A stretch of DNA of 64,000 nt from an uncultured virus (IMG/VR IMGVR_UViG_3300036761_004198) (taxonomy: Duplodnaviria; Heunggongvirae; Uroviricota; Caudoviricetes), in the IMG/VR virus record IMGVR_UViG_3300036761_004198. One strand, 5' to 3'. A program made the position numbers and the translations under genes. Of this stretch, positions 9,035-21,117 are shown piece by piece (the stretch's first letter is position 1; each line of letters opens with the position of its first letter). The notes under the pieces are model-generated. The model did no database searches and had not been told where the DNA came from. It saw only the letters and a list, made by a program, of their open reading frames with translations.

Positions 9035-9418
9035 ATGTCGACGCCGAAGAAGTCCTCCGCCCAGCTCGATCGCGAGATCGCCGAGGTGCTCACGCGCGGC
9101 GCAGGATCGCGATCGCACCATTCGACACAGAAGAAGCGCCAGCTCAAGATCTACGATGTCGGCGCGCGCATCGTGTCGGGCATCTCCGACGAAGACATGT
9201 GGGAGGGCAGCTTCGAGATTCCTGCCAGCAGCCTCCAGGCCGCGCGCAAGATCGCTGTCGATCTACTGCACGAATCGACGTACTACGATCCGCGCATCGA
9301 TCCGAAGGCTGTGCTCGATCACGTCGAGCACATCGGTGAAGTGGAAGTGACGGCCGCAGAGACACCCGCGCAGGCCGCGGCGGTGCTGATCGCGGAGGCA
9401 CGCGCGGGGATCCCGTGA
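9035..9418 (+). CDS. hypothetical protein, N-terminal tag
   Basis: MSTPKKSSAQLDREIAEVL...SHHSTQKKRQL. Confidence 0.8.
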   Translation: MSTPKKSSAQLDREIAEVLTRGAGSRSHHSTQKKRQLKIYDVGARIVSGISDEDMWEGSFEIPASSLQAARKIAVDLLHESTYYDPRIDPKAVLDHVEHIGEVEVTAAETPAQAAAVLIAEARAGIP

Positions 9419-9777
9419 GGCTCTACCGCATCGTCGTCGGGACGCTGTACGCCGGGCCAGGATCGTTCTGGAGCCCGGATCCGGGCGTCGCGAAGACCTA
9501 CGGCAAGCGTGGCGGACGCCTGATCTCGACGGAGGCCAAGGGGCGCGCGCTCCGGTTGTCGTCGGACGACGAGCTGGTGAAGGCGCTCGAGCTAGCCGGG
9601 ATCCGCAACGCCGAGGAGCGCGTGTTGGACGCCGACTGGTTCTCGGACGACGTGTACGAGGGCCTCCGACGCTTCGGCTACGCTTGGATCGTCCGCCCCG
9701 TCGATCCGACAATCTCCATCGAAGAGGTCGAGTGGATCTATGTCGGCAAGAAGCCCCTGCATTGGAGAAGCGCATGA
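9415..9777 (+). CDS. possible ADP-ribosyltransferase-fold protein
   Basis: LYR...GSFWSPDPGVAKTYG...GY.WI...E.I resembles ART strand motifs. Confidence 0.4.
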   Translation: MRLYRIVVGTLYAGPGSFWSPDPGVAKTYGKRGGRLISTEAKGRALRLSSDDELVKALELAGIRNAEERVLDADWFSDDVYEGLRRFGYAWIVRPVDPTISIEEVEWIYVGKKPLHWRSA

Positions 9778-10905
9778 GCAACCTGACGGGTGAAGGATTC
9801 GTCGAGATCCGCTGCTGCGGAGACAGCGTCGGCTACGTGAACGCACGGACGTTCACGTCGGCGGCCAACGAGCGCTTCTGCGCGATCCAGCAGGAGAAGG
9901 GCAACGCGTGGCAGGAGGACGCCGAGGCCAAGGAGCTGATCGCGGATCCGACGTCCTACGAATCCCCAGCAGACGGCTCACCGATCGCGTTCTGGTGCGA
10001 GAAGTGCGGCGCGAAGTTCGCCTGGGCGGGTGGCCGCCCCGTTCAGATCTCGGCGGCGTGATCCCCGTGCATTCCCCTGTCAGATCCCACCCCTGACCCG
10101 AGTAGACTGCCTCCGATGCCCGCCTGCGCTGATCCCCCGAACCGTCCGCCACGTGAGGCGATCGATCGCCTGATCGACGCCGTCGCGTGGGCCAAGACCT
10201 GCCTGCTCGTCACCGCCGCGACCAAGCCAGGTTCGCCCGAGCGCGATCGAGAGCTGGAACAACTCCGCCAGGCCCTCATCTCTCCTCGCAGCGAGGTTGA
10301 CGCGATCCTGGGTCGCGGTCAGGCCGTGCCACGCGCGGTCCTCGTCGAGCTGCGCACGTGCGAGCTGGCAATCCCCAAGCTGGAGGCCGGCGCGGTCCTT
10401 CGCCAAGATCGTCAGGAGGGATCGCCGTGAACGATCGTGCGCGCGCGCGAATCGCCGCGGCTGCACACGCCCTCGCTGGGAAAGCGCACACGCAAGAAGA
10501 GCTACACGACGCGTTGTTCACGCTCGTGCGCACGTGCTACCTGCCCGAGGGACAAGACGCGGTGCCCGTGTGTCGCATGCCCGCCGCGGGTGAAGTCCTC
10601 CCTCCGCAACAGCGTGCGATGTGGGCGCGAGCGATGACGGTGTACGACGTCCCCGACGCCTCGATCCTTATGAAAGCAGGTGCCGCGTGATGACCACCCG
10701 AGAGCTGCGGCGCGAGTGCGAGCACTTCACCGCGAAGCAGATCGCCGAGGGCGCCAACCCCGACGAGCTCGTGGGCCTCTTGCTCGGATCGATGATGCGC
10801 CTCATGCGCGATCGCGGCGTCACGCGCGATCTGTACATGCAGGCGTGCGCACTCCTGTGGCAGAACAACAACCCGACAGACCTCCCCGTGGACCAGGGGG
10901 CCTGA
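9774..10905 (+). other. run of four small hypothetical ORFs (9774-10061, 10116-10430, 10427-10690, 10690-10905)
   Basis: stop/start overlaps, tiling on + strand. Confidence 0.6.
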
Positions 10906-10909
10906 GCCG

Positions 10910-12049
10910 ATGCATGCGCAGACCGGATCGCGGGATCTCTACGAGGTACTCGGCGTCGCGCGCGGCGCGTCGCCGGCCGACCTGAAAAAGGCGTACCGCC
11001 AGATGGCGCTGCAATTCCACCCCGACAAGTGCCCGGGCGACAAGAGCGCTGAGGAGAAGTTCAAGGAGGCCGCGAACGCCTACCAGATCCTCTCCGACGA
11101 CGAGAAGCGCGCGGCCTACGACCGCCACGGCCTCGACGGGCTCCGTCGCGGCGGCGGCGGCGGCAACGGCGCCGGACCAGGAGGTCCGGGCTTCGGAGGC
11201 TTCGAGAGCGTCGAGGAGATCTTCTCGGCGTTCGGCGACCTATTCGGCGACTTCTTCTCGGGACGGATGCGCGATCGGACCACCACGCGCGGCGCAGATC
11301 TGCGCCTCGAGCTACACCTGACGTTCCGCGAGGCGGTGTGGGGAGCGCGCAAGGACGTCAAGATCACGCGATCGATCGGCTGCGGGGCATGCGGCGCGAC
11401 CGGCAACGCGCGCGGCGCCAAGGCCGAAGCCTGCCGTCCCTGCCAGGGCCGGGGCCAGGTCGTCCACGCGCAGGGTTTCTTCATGGTGCAGACGACCTGC
11501 TCGCAGTGCAGCGGCAGCGGCAAGACGATCAAAGATCCGTGCGCCGAATGCCGCGGTCGGGGTCTCAAGTCCGAGACCTCGACCTTGTCGCTGACGATCC
11601 CACCTGGCATCGACGACGGCCAGATGCTCCGCGTCGGGGGCAAGGGCGAGAGCGTGTCTGGCGGTACGACGGGCGACCTCTACGTCGTTCTGTGCGTGGC
11701 GGATGACGATCGCTTCGCGCGCGACGGCGACGACGTCACCAGTGAGGTGACGATCAGCTTCGCCCAGGCCGCGCTCGGCGGCGAGGTCGAGGTCGACACG
11801 ATCGACGACGGCTGCGAGGGAAGCGCGGTCCTCGAGCTGGCCCCCGGCACGCAGCCCGGCGACGTCGTCGTGCGGCGCGGACAGGGTGTGCCTCACCACG
11901 ACCGCCCCGGTCGAGGGGACCACTTCATCGAGTTCCGGATCGAGGTCCCCAGGAAGTTGACGAGCCGGCAGGAGAAGCTCCTGCGCGAGTTCGCCGCGGA
12001 CCTCGGCGAGGCGAGCAGCAGCAAGCGACCCAAGAGGAAGGCGCGCTAG
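10910..12049 (+). CDS. dnaJ: class A DnaJ co-chaperone
   Basis: J domain with HPD, G/F-rich linker, four CxxCx(G/A)xG repeats, C-terminal substrate-binding domains. Confidence 0.97.
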   Translation: MHAQTGSRDLYEVLGVARGASPADLKKAYRQMALQFHPDKCPGDKSAEEKFKEAANAYQILSDDEKRAAYDRHGLDGLRRGGGGGNGAGPGGPGFGGFESVEEIFSAFGDLFGDFFSGRMRDRTTTRGADLRLELHLTFREAVWGARKDVKITRSIGCGACGATGNARGAKAEACRPCQGRGQVVHAQGFFMVQTTCSQCSGSGKTIKDPCAECRGRGLKSETSTLSLTIPPGIDDGQMLRVGGKGESVSGGTTGDLYVVLCVADDDRFARDGDDVTSEVTISFAQAALGGEVEVDTIDDGCEGSAVLELAPGTQPGDVVVRRGQGVPHHDRPGRGDHFIEFRIEVPRKLTSRQEKLLREFAADLGEASSSKRPKRKAR

Positions 12050-12173
12050 TGACGCGCATGCGCGGGTGGCTCCTCGTCCTCCTGCCGCTGGAGCGCTGTG
12101 GGTGTCACGGCGCCGATCGCTGTCCGTGCTGGCCGGACAGCTACGTCGACGCGTTCCGCGGAAGGTCGCTGCC

Positions 12174-12746
12174 GTGAGCGACGAGAGCATATGGCAGGTG
12201 AGACTGCCAGACGGATCAGTGTGGATCGCAGAAGACTCGCGACCCGACGACCCACGATGTTCGTGGATCTACTCGCGATCGATCGCCGACATGTTCGCGG
12301 AGAAGCTCGGTGGCACCGTCGTCGAGGTGACCCGGCGCCAGAAGGAGAACCTGCTCGACAAGGAGATCGCCTTCGCACTCAACGAACCGAAACCAGTCCC
12401 GAAGACGAAGGCGCCGAAGACGCGCGCGCGTCCGTTCGGCCGCGCTGCCCGACGCGCGATCGCGACGGCGATCCTGGAGAGCGTTCCACTGAACTACGCC
12501 GCGCGCTCCGCCGTCGACACCGCACGAGAAACCGCAGCTGACGCGGAATACAAAGCGGCGCGCAGGACGCTTCAAGCCGCGCTTCCCGCCACGTTGTGGA
12601 TCGGCTACGACGCCCGTCGCAACCAGGGCTTCGCCCAAGCGGGGGAGCCCGTCTGGATCGCCGACGATCCCCAAGGCGAGGATCCAGGACAATGGCGTCA
12701 GATCGAGCGCGACGAGATCGCCCGCATCCTCGTGGAGGACGCGTGA
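12174..12746 (+). CDS. hypothetical protein, possible degenerate tag
   Basis: GTG start; LLDKEIAFAL. Confidence 0.6.
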   Translation: MSDESIWQVRLPDGSVWIAEDSRPDDPRCSWIYSRSIADMFAEKLGGTVVEVTRRQKENLLDKEIAFALNEPKPVPKTKAPKTRARPFGRAARRAIATAILESVPLNYAARSAVDTARETAADAEYKAARRTLQAALPATLWIGYDARRNQGFAQAGEPVWIADDPQGEDPGQWRQIERDEIARILVEDA

Positions 12747-12780
12747 GTCCGAACGTCCGCATCGAGGTACGGAAATCGTC

Positions 12781-13137
12781 GTGAGCGCGCGAACGAAGCT
12801 CAAGCTCGAAGGCGTGATCACACATCCACGAAAGGAGTGGCCGTCCTTGACTCACGGTTACGGGGGCCGCAACGTTCTCATTCCGCAAGGACGAGAGCTG
12901 CACACGACGCAGGGCTTCGTGAGTCCGCACGTCGTCGAAGAAAAAAGCGCTTTGCTTCGTACAGGCGCGCGTCTTCGCGTTTCGCTTGCGCGCGACGTCA
13001 CGGGACGCCTGTGGATCACGGACGGTCACCACGCGCTGGCTGCCTATCACTCGTTGAACGAGACACCGCGTGGTTTCCTGTACGACTTCGGGTCCGATGT
13101 TCATGTGAAAGCGCCGCGCTTTCGAGGTGGGCCTTGA
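12781..13137 (+). CDS. ParB/Srx-like nuclease-fold protein
   Basis: GRLWITDGHHALAAY matches the ParB-N DGHHR-type motif, with R replaced by A. Confidence 0.5.
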   Translation: MSARTKLKLEGVITHPRKEWPSLTHGYGGRNVLIPQGRELHTTQGFVSPHVVEEKSALLRTGARLRVSLARDVTGRLWITDGHHALAAYHSLNETPRGFLYDFGSDVHVKAPRFRGGP

Positions 13138-13251
13138 AACGTCCCAAGATGCACGACCGGACACTCGTCGTGACGTGCCCGACGTGCACCAAGCACAGCG
13201 TGCTAGCCGATCGAACCTGCCCGCGCTGAGAGTCGCCCCCGACCTGGCCGA

Positions 13252-13290
13252 TTTCTGGAGCCTGCCGAGCAACTGAAGTACGGTAGTCCC
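13252..13290 (+). promoter_or_regulatory. class II leaderless promoter TTTCTGGA-N19-TACGGT-N6-ATG
   Basis: same spacing as four other copies. Confidence 0.7.
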
Positions 13291-13743
13291 ATGTGGCAGC
13301 CTTACGCGATCGGAGCCCTGGCAAACGATCAGACCAAGCTGATCGACGAGACCAACCACCGCTTCTGGGAGCGCACTCACCACAAGCCCGGTCACCGGCT
13401 CGACATGAGCGATCCGCGCGATCGCTCGATGGCGAGGATCTGGCTCCAGATCTACGGCGAGGTTAGCTCGCACCGAGATCGCGCGCGGTCCCTCGCTCAC
13501 CGCGCCCTGAACGAGACGGTCACGCCCTACGTGCTCGTCATCGAAAGCCACGACGGATCCATGCACCACCAGGAGTTCCCCCACCGGAACAACCTCGACG
13601 TGCAGTTCATGTGGCTCGGTGGACAGCCCCAATACTACAAGTACCTCGCTGCGTTCGACTTCACCGCCGACCGCAGCGCTCCGATCAGCGACCAGTTCGC
13701 GCCGACGACGGCCTCCGGCGGCTACGCCGCGCCTGTGTCGTAA
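13291..13743 (+). CDS. hypothetical protein
   Basis: class II promoter; coherent ORF. Confidence 0.75.
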   Translation: MWQPYAIGALANDQTKLIDETNHRFWERTHHKPGHRLDMSDPRDRSMARIWLQIYGEVSSHRDRARSLAHRALNETVTPYVLVIESHDGSMHHQEFPHRNNLDVQFMWLGGQPQYYKYLAAFDFTADRSAPISDQFAPTTASGGYAAPVS

Positions 13744-13804
13744 CGTACCTGGGGTCCGTTGCACAAAAGGCGACCCGCTTCGCGGGACCACGTAGGGTAG
13801 TCCC

Positions 13805-14287
13805 ATGAGACGTGCCTTCGTCCCGAGAACCGCCTTCCTGATCTTGGTCGCGATCGCGTGCGCCGCGTGCGGCGCGAGCACGCGCACCCAGACACTGCGC
13901 GTGGGCCTCGTCGCCCTGAACGGTGCGCGCGACACGATGCGCGCCACGAGCAAGGAGCGCGAGGCGCAGATCGTCGAGCACGCAACGAGCAAGGAAGAGG
14001 GCCGGACGCAGCTCGACGCCTGGCGAGCCAACGTCGACAAGGTCGCCGCGGCGATCAAGGACGGCTACGACGCGATCTACGGCGCCGCGATCCTCGACGA
14101 CGCCAAGAGCGCGGCAGACGCCGGCGCGGCGGTCGCCAAGGCCCTTGCCCTGATCAAGGACCTGAAGGACCCGAAAGATCCGAAAGATCCAAAAGATCCG
14201 AAGGGCCCGAAGGACCCGAAGCCCTCACTCGCGCCCCCGAAAGATCCAAAGGATCCGAAGTCCCCACAGCCGGAGGTCAAACCATGA
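13805..14287 (+). CDS. predicted lipoprotein with (KDP)n tail, possible spanin/lysis accessory
   Basis: basic N-terminus, hydrophobic stretch, lipobox-like ACAAC; next to endolysin. Confidence 0.55.
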   Translation: MRRAFVPRTAFLILVAIACAACGASTRTQTLRVGLVALNGARDTMRATSKEREAQIVEHATSKEEGRTQLDAWRANVDKVAAAIKDGYDAIYGAAILDDAKSAADAGAAVAKALALIKDLKDPKDPKDPKDPKGPKDPKPSLAPPKDPKDPKSPQPEVKP

Positions 14288-14505
14288 TCGACGACGCGAT
14301 CGACATCGCGAAGCTCCTGATCGCCACCGCCGAAGGAATCTCAAGCGCGATCGCCAAGGCCAAGCAGGCGCTCGACGACGGCACCGCACAGCTCAAGAAC
14401 GCGCTCGTCGAGGCCGAGAAGATGCGCGACCAGCTCGCCGCCGATCGCAAGGCGGCCGACGACGCGCTCGACAAGAAGTTCGACCGCTCGAAGGACGAGC
14501 CGTGA
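14284..14505 (+). CDS. small coiled-coil protein (lysis cassette?)
   Basis: GGAGG RBS, ATGA overlap, MIDDAIDIAK. Confidence 0.65.
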   Translation: MIDDAIDIAKLLIATAEGISSAIAKAKQALDDGTAQLKNALVEAEKMRDQLAADRKAADDALDKKFDRSKDEP

Positions 14506-14550
14506 CCAAAGCGCCTGGGTAACTGTCAGAGTTGTTGGTAAGACAGAACT

Positions 14551-15198
14551 GTGAGTAAGGGCGTTTTGATCGATCTGACAGGGAAGCGCTTCGGAAAACT
14601 TGTGGTGATGTCCCGTGCCCCGAATCCGCCAGGTCACCGTCGGAGCCGTTGGCACTGCCTCTGCGATTGCGGCAAGGAAACGAGCGTCCGTAGCACACAT
14701 CTGCGCGCTCCCTCACGCGCTACTGTAAGTTGCGGGTGCTACGGACGCACCAAGAGCATCACCCACGGTCACGCACGCAGCGGACAACTATCTAAAACCT
14801 ACGTCGCATGGAAGTCGATGCTGCAACGCTGCACAGATCCCTCAAGTACGTCGTATCCGCATTATGGAGGGCGAGGAATCACGGTCTGCGCGCGCTGGCA
14901 CGCGTTCGAGAACTTCCTTGCCGACATGGGCACATGCCCGCCGGGCCTGTCTCTCGACCGCAAGGAAAATGAGAGCAATTACGAACCCGGCAATTGCCGA
15001 TGGCTTTCACGCCGTGATCAAAACAGAAATCGAAGTCTCACCAGACTAACGGTCGCTGCTGTGCAGGAGATTCATGGAAGATGTGAGCACGGCGAAAGTC
15101 AGCGCTCTGTAGCAAGACGTCTGGGCGTGAGCGAAACGCTAATTTCGGAAGTTCGTCGCGGAAGAATCTGGGTAGACCAATTGCGAGGTCCTACATGA
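14551..15198 (+). CDS. phage HNH/AP2-associated homing-endonuclease-like protein with C-terminal HTH
   Basis: DLTGKRFGKLVV, WHCLCDCG, SCGC, YGGRGITVC.RW, SLDR..N..NYEPGNCRW; visibly lower GC. Confidence 0.85.
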   Translation: MSKGVLIDLTGKRFGKLVVMSRAPNPPGHRRSRWHCLCDCGKETSVRSTHLRAPSRATVSCGCYGRTKSITHGHARSGQLSKTYVAWKSMLQRCTDPSSTSYPHYGGRGITVCARWHAFENFLADMGTCPPGLSLDRKENESNYEPGNCRWLSRRDQNRNRSLTRLTVAAVQEIHGRCEHGESQRSVARRLGVSETLISEVRRGRIWVDQLRGPT

Positions 15199-16190
15199 TC
15201 TTAAAACAAGGCAGTCAAGGTCCAGAAGTCGAGCAACTGCAACTACGCTTGAAAGCGGCAGGCTACGATCCGGGTGACATCGACGGCGACTACGGCCCGC
15301 GCACCGCCGCGGCCGTGCTCGCGTTCCAGGTCGATCGCCCCGATCTTGAGGACGACGGCGTCGTCGGGCCGCACACGATCGCCGCGCTCAACGCCGCGAC
15401 CGTGAAGAAAGCGCCGGACAAGCCGACGCCCCCAGCCGCCGCGCCGGTGCCGTGCGAGGCCACGACGTGGGCCGCATGGCTCGCGTTCGTCGACAAGATC
15501 ACGCGGTATCCGGTGCGCTACGGGCCCGGTCGCGGCCTGTGGGTCGGGGATCGTTTCGTCGTCTCGCACGGGCCCGGCGCCCTCGGATCGAAGTCGTGGC
15601 CAAGCGCGCTCGGTCACAGCTTCCCGTCGTTCCATTGCACGAGCTGGCTGAACTTCGCGCTCAGCTGGCTGCTGCGCCGGAACGAGGACTACACGCATGC
15701 CGGGAACATCCCGGAGCTGTGGGATCTGATGGCAAAGGATTCATCGATCCACCAGAACCCCGGCGCGGGGCCCTACCGCGGGTTCGGCGACGCGTGCTAC
15801 CCGATCGCGCCGGACGGCTCGGGCGCGGCCCGGTCCGGCGTCGCCAAGGTCGTCGACGCCAAGGAGCTGCTCGCGCGCCGGGCCGATCTACCGACGTTCG
15901 TCGCCTGCGGGCAGTCGACCAAGCTCCAGAGCGGGTGGCTCTGGTGGCACCACGTCGTGCTCTACGTCGTCGATCACCGCGACGGCGATCGCCTCTACCG
16001 GATAGCCGCAGACGGCTACAAGGGCGCCCAGGGCTACTCGGGCGATCCGATGCGCTGGGTCGAGATCACCGACAAGAACGTGGGCCAGCTCGGCGCCGCA
16101 GTCTACCGCGCGTATGGCGTCCAGACCCTCGATGGGACGTATGGCGATCTGGCGCGACCGATCGCGGAAGTCGGCTTCGAGGCCGCGTAA
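15195..16190 (+). CDS. endolysin: N-terminal peptidoglycan-binding domain plus putative Cys/His amidase
   Basis: LKQGSQGPEVEQLQ..L..AGY...IDGDYGPRT..AV.AFQ...DGVVGP.T; FHCTSW...WHHVVLY. Confidence 0.8.
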   Translation: MILKQGSQGPEVEQLQLRLKAAGYDPGDIDGDYGPRTAAAVLAFQVDRPDLEDDGVVGPHTIAALNAATVKKAPDKPTPPAAAPVPCEATTWAAWLAFVDKITRYPVRYGPGRGLWVGDRFVVSHGPGALGSKSWPSALGHSFPSFHCTSWLNFALSWLLRRNEDYTHAGNIPELWDLMAKDSSIHQNPGAGPYRGFGDACYPIAPDGSGAARSGVAKVVDAKELLARRADLPTFVACGQSTKLQSGWLWWHHVVLYVVDHRDGDRLYRIAADGYKGAQGYSGDPMRWVEITDKNVGQLGAAVYRAYGVQTLDGTYGDLARPIAEVGFEAA

Positions 16191-16247
16191 CGGCGGCCTT
16201 CGTCGGAAATTAGACCTCGATGGATCGCGCGATGTAGTCTCGCTCCC

Positions 16248-16559
16248 ATGTTGCAAGCACTACTTCGCACGGTCACCGAGATCCTCGATAGCAAGAAGGC
16301 GGCGTACAGCTTCATCGCAGCTGCGACCGCCATCGTGCTCCACCTGCAATTCGGAGTGTCCCCGGAGAACGCGCTCCTCCTCGTGTCACCACTTGGCCTC
16401 GCGACCGCGGCGCAGGCTCACGTTGACGCCAAGCGGGGGGTCTCGACGACGGCCTCGACCAGCGGCGCCACCCCCAGCGCCGGGACGACTGGCGGGACGC
16501 CCGCGGCTGGGTCGACCAGCGAGGCGGCGCCAGCGGATCCGAGCGCGACGCAGGGCTAG
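16248..16559 (+). CDS. holin-like small membrane protein
   Basis: two hydrophobic segments after LDSKK; directly downstream of endolysin. Confidence 0.55.
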   Translation: MLQALLRTVTEILDSKKAAYSFIAAATAIVLHLQFGVSPENALLLVSPLGLATAAQAHVDAKRGVSTTASTSGATPSAGTTGGTPAAGSTSEAAPADPSATQG

Positions 16560-16560
16560 C

Positions 16561-16884
16561 ATGGTCGTTACGACAATCTCCTGCGACGCGGTAATCCTGC
16601 GTTGCTTGAGCTGCCAGACCGAGGTTGCGCGCAGCACCGCAACGACGATCGCGGCGTGTCGCGCGTGCGAAACTCCCATGTTGGTCGATCGGCGCTGTGA
16701 TCGGAGCTTCACGCTCCGCAAGGACAGCCTCCTCATCCGCTGCATCGCCGAGAACAAGGACGGCTGGCGCTGTGAGGATCGAGGCGGATGCGACTTCTGT
16801 CCCGATCACGTTCACCTTGCGAGCAGCGCGCGCGCCGCGCAAACGCCGTCGCCGATCATCGAGAGTGCGTCGGCAACTACCTGA
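16561..16884 (+). CDS. Cys-rich zinc-finger protein
   Basis: CLSC, CRAC, C...C..CPDH. Confidence 0.45.
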   Translation: MVVTTISCDAVILRCLSCQTEVARSTATTIAACRACETPMLVDRRCDRSFTLRKDSLLIRCIAENKDGWRCEDRGGCDFCPDHVHLASSARAAQTPSPIIESASATT

Positions 16885-16915
16885 CTGATCACCCGCCGCG
16901 ATCTTCGACGGCCGA

Positions 16916-16954
16916 TTTCTGGAGAGTGCTGCTCGGGTGCGTTAGGGTGAAGTT
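16916..16954 (+). promoter_or_regulatory. class II leaderless promoter TTTCTGGA-N19-TAGGGT-N6-GTG
   Basis: conserved motif and spacing. Confidence 0.75.
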
Positions 16955-18606
<1,652 letters not shown>

Positions 18607-18610
<4 letters not shown>

Positions 18611-21117
18611 GCTTCTTTCGTCGTGCCGGCGCGCTGATCGCGCGCTTCTTCACCTCTGCCGCTGATCCCGGAGCTGCCGCTGGCGAGTTCCAGCTCTACA
18701 GCAAGGTCGACGGCGGCGGGGACTCGCAACTGTTCGGGCGATCCGACAACGGAACGGCCTACCAGATCACTCCCCCCGCCGTGGCTGGCACGCAATACGT
18801 GTTCGTCTACCAGCCTGGCGGTGTCGCGGTCGACAACGTCTACACGGACTGGTCGTTGCTCTACGCCGCCCTGAGCCTCATCGAGGGTGAGCGGCTCGTC
18901 GAGTTCGACTCCACGTTCACGTCGCCGTGCGTGATCCCCGCGGGCGCCTACACCCTCAAGGATGTGATCTTCACCGGCACCTGGACGCGCCCGAACACCG
19001 ACGTGACATTCGACGTCGGCGTAATCACCACGGGGCTTCGCCACATCCGCACGAGCCTGCGGATCACCGCCGCCGATCCGACCACGGCGCCGATCGCCGA
19101 CTTCACCAACACCAGCAACGTGATGCTGCTGGACGATGGCGTGACGGTGATCTTTCAGTTCCCGATCATCGATTTCTCCGGGCTGTCCGGCGAAGATCAG
19201 GGGTACCTGAACGTCCGCAACGGCTCGCAGGTTCTTGGCGCTGTACCGCAGCCGATCACGACGGGCGCGTGCACGCTCACAGTGACCATCGACGGCGCGA
19301 ACTCGCAGTGCGGTCAGCTCACAGTCAATCCGGGCACCGGCACGGTCATCGTGCATGTGACTGGCGGCCCAGGGATGATCACCACGGCACCGACGAACGG
19401 CGGACAGTTCCTGGTGTCCGGCGCGATGGGTCAGCTTCCAGCCATCTTCGTGGCCGGCAACTTCTTCGGCGCGACGAATCCCGACGGCGTGGTCTTCGTG
19501 GTCGACACGTCTGGCGGCCCGGTGACGTGTCTGAACATGCGTGGCACCGCGCAGTGCGCTGGGTCGTTCGTCGCGTTCAAGAAGAGCGACGACGCCAATC
19601 CGCTGACGATCCTCACGGGAAGTGGGGACACGATCGACGGCCTGCCGTCGTACACCGTCACCGCCGCGAAAGGCGAGGTCACGCTCGTCTCCGACGGTGT
19701 CAGCAACTGGATGGTGATGAGCACGAGCACGAGCAGCACGCTGGGCGGTTCGCAGTGCCTCATCTTTAGGCCGGGCTCGGGCCTGGTCGGCCCCGTTGTG
19801 TTCGATACCTGGGCAGCGCTCTACGCACAGCTGACCAACCTGCGCGCGCAAGCCAACGGTAGCGGCTGCTACACGATCCAGTTTGATCTGTCGACGAGCG
19901 CCAGCTTCCTCGGCACGACGATCCCGGCGGGCGTGTACAACATGACCGCCGTTACGTGGGTCGGTACGGGCACTGGTGTCGTCGGCGTCGGTACCCCACC
20001 GACCTCGGCGGTGTTTGCTGAGGGCGCGACGTTCACCGGAGGACCGCTGCGCTTCGAGTCGCTGCTTCTGTACTCACGCGCGACGGCAACGCCACCGTTC
20101 ACGATCACGAACACGTTCAACGACGTGATCGAGATGAACAACGTGATCGTCCAGACCGAGACGTCACCGATTCCGGTATTCAACGTCTCGGGCGGCGGCT
20201 TCGCGCAGTTTCATCTCACGTTCACCGACTTCTCTGGCGGTACCGGAAACCCGACACTCCAAGTCGGCGCGGGCAGCAGTGCCAATCTCCGTCTGGGACC
20301 TGGCGGCTTTGTTGGAGCGAACACCTTCATCACGACGGCTGACGGTGGAATAAGCATCACCCTCGACGCCTCGACGGCAAGCTACAACGAGGATCAACCA
20401 CTCGCACCGGGCGCGGCCCTCGCACCGGACGACGACGTGAATGACACGTTCACGCGCCACTTTACGACCGACATTCTCGTTGCCGACGACAACGCCTATC
20501 CGCAGTACCTGAACAGGTTCGACGGCTACACCGATCCGCCACCCGTCGCGTCACTTCCGCAGGCACTCCTCAGCGATAATCGCTACCAGTGGGTGCTCGT
20601 CAAGGAGACCTCCGGACAACCGTCGTTGTCAGGTACCGGCGACCTCGGCATCACGATTCAACCGTTCGCGGGCGATTCAATCGACGGCGTGCTGGGCCCG
20701 TTGCTGCTCTTGCCCGGCTCACAGGTCGCGCTGATCTCGCGTGGTGACGGCAACTGGAACTCGGCGTGGAAGACCGCAGGTGTCCCCGAGAAGGTCTTCG
20801 CGAGCGTTGTGATCAATCCGAGCGGCGGCGTCGAGAAGCGCATCGCGTACTTCAACGTCGGCAACGCGACGCCCGGATCCGGCGTCGTCAAGAACGCGAC
20901 CGGCGATTGGACGATCACGTTCAACAATCCGTTCCTTGCTGGCTATTTCCCCATCGTCACGACCGGTCTCCGTGGTGACTCGGAGTTGGTCTTCGTCAAC
21001 TACAACACGATCGACAACTCCAACATGCAGATCCTCACGTACAACGCTGCGGGCGTGCTCACGGACCCGAACTACATCAACGTCGTGGTGCACCTCGCAC
21101 CGGAGATCATCGACTGA
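18607..21117 (+). CDS. large beta-rich virion fibre/adhesin protein
   Basis: N-terminal ~57 aa shared with 21117; internal modules shared with fibres 1 and 2. Confidence 0.8.

Noticed and set aside
1043..9090. Recurring DNA cagctcga(t/c)cgcgagatcgcc as a CRISPR, REP or integron attC-type repeat
   Set aside because: Spacing is irregular and gene-sized, copies are always in frame on the coding strand with synonymous variation, and there are no cas or integrase genes in the window. A peptide motif fits better, though a secondary role in recombination is not excluded.
12379..14058. Long minus-strand ORF (559 aa) and similar long ORFs such as 18502-19851, 21072-22490, 24841-25932, 27758-29197 and 42506-43612
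   Set aside because: Antisense shadows of well-supported genes in high-GC DNA; Arg/Pro/Val-rich low-complexity translations.
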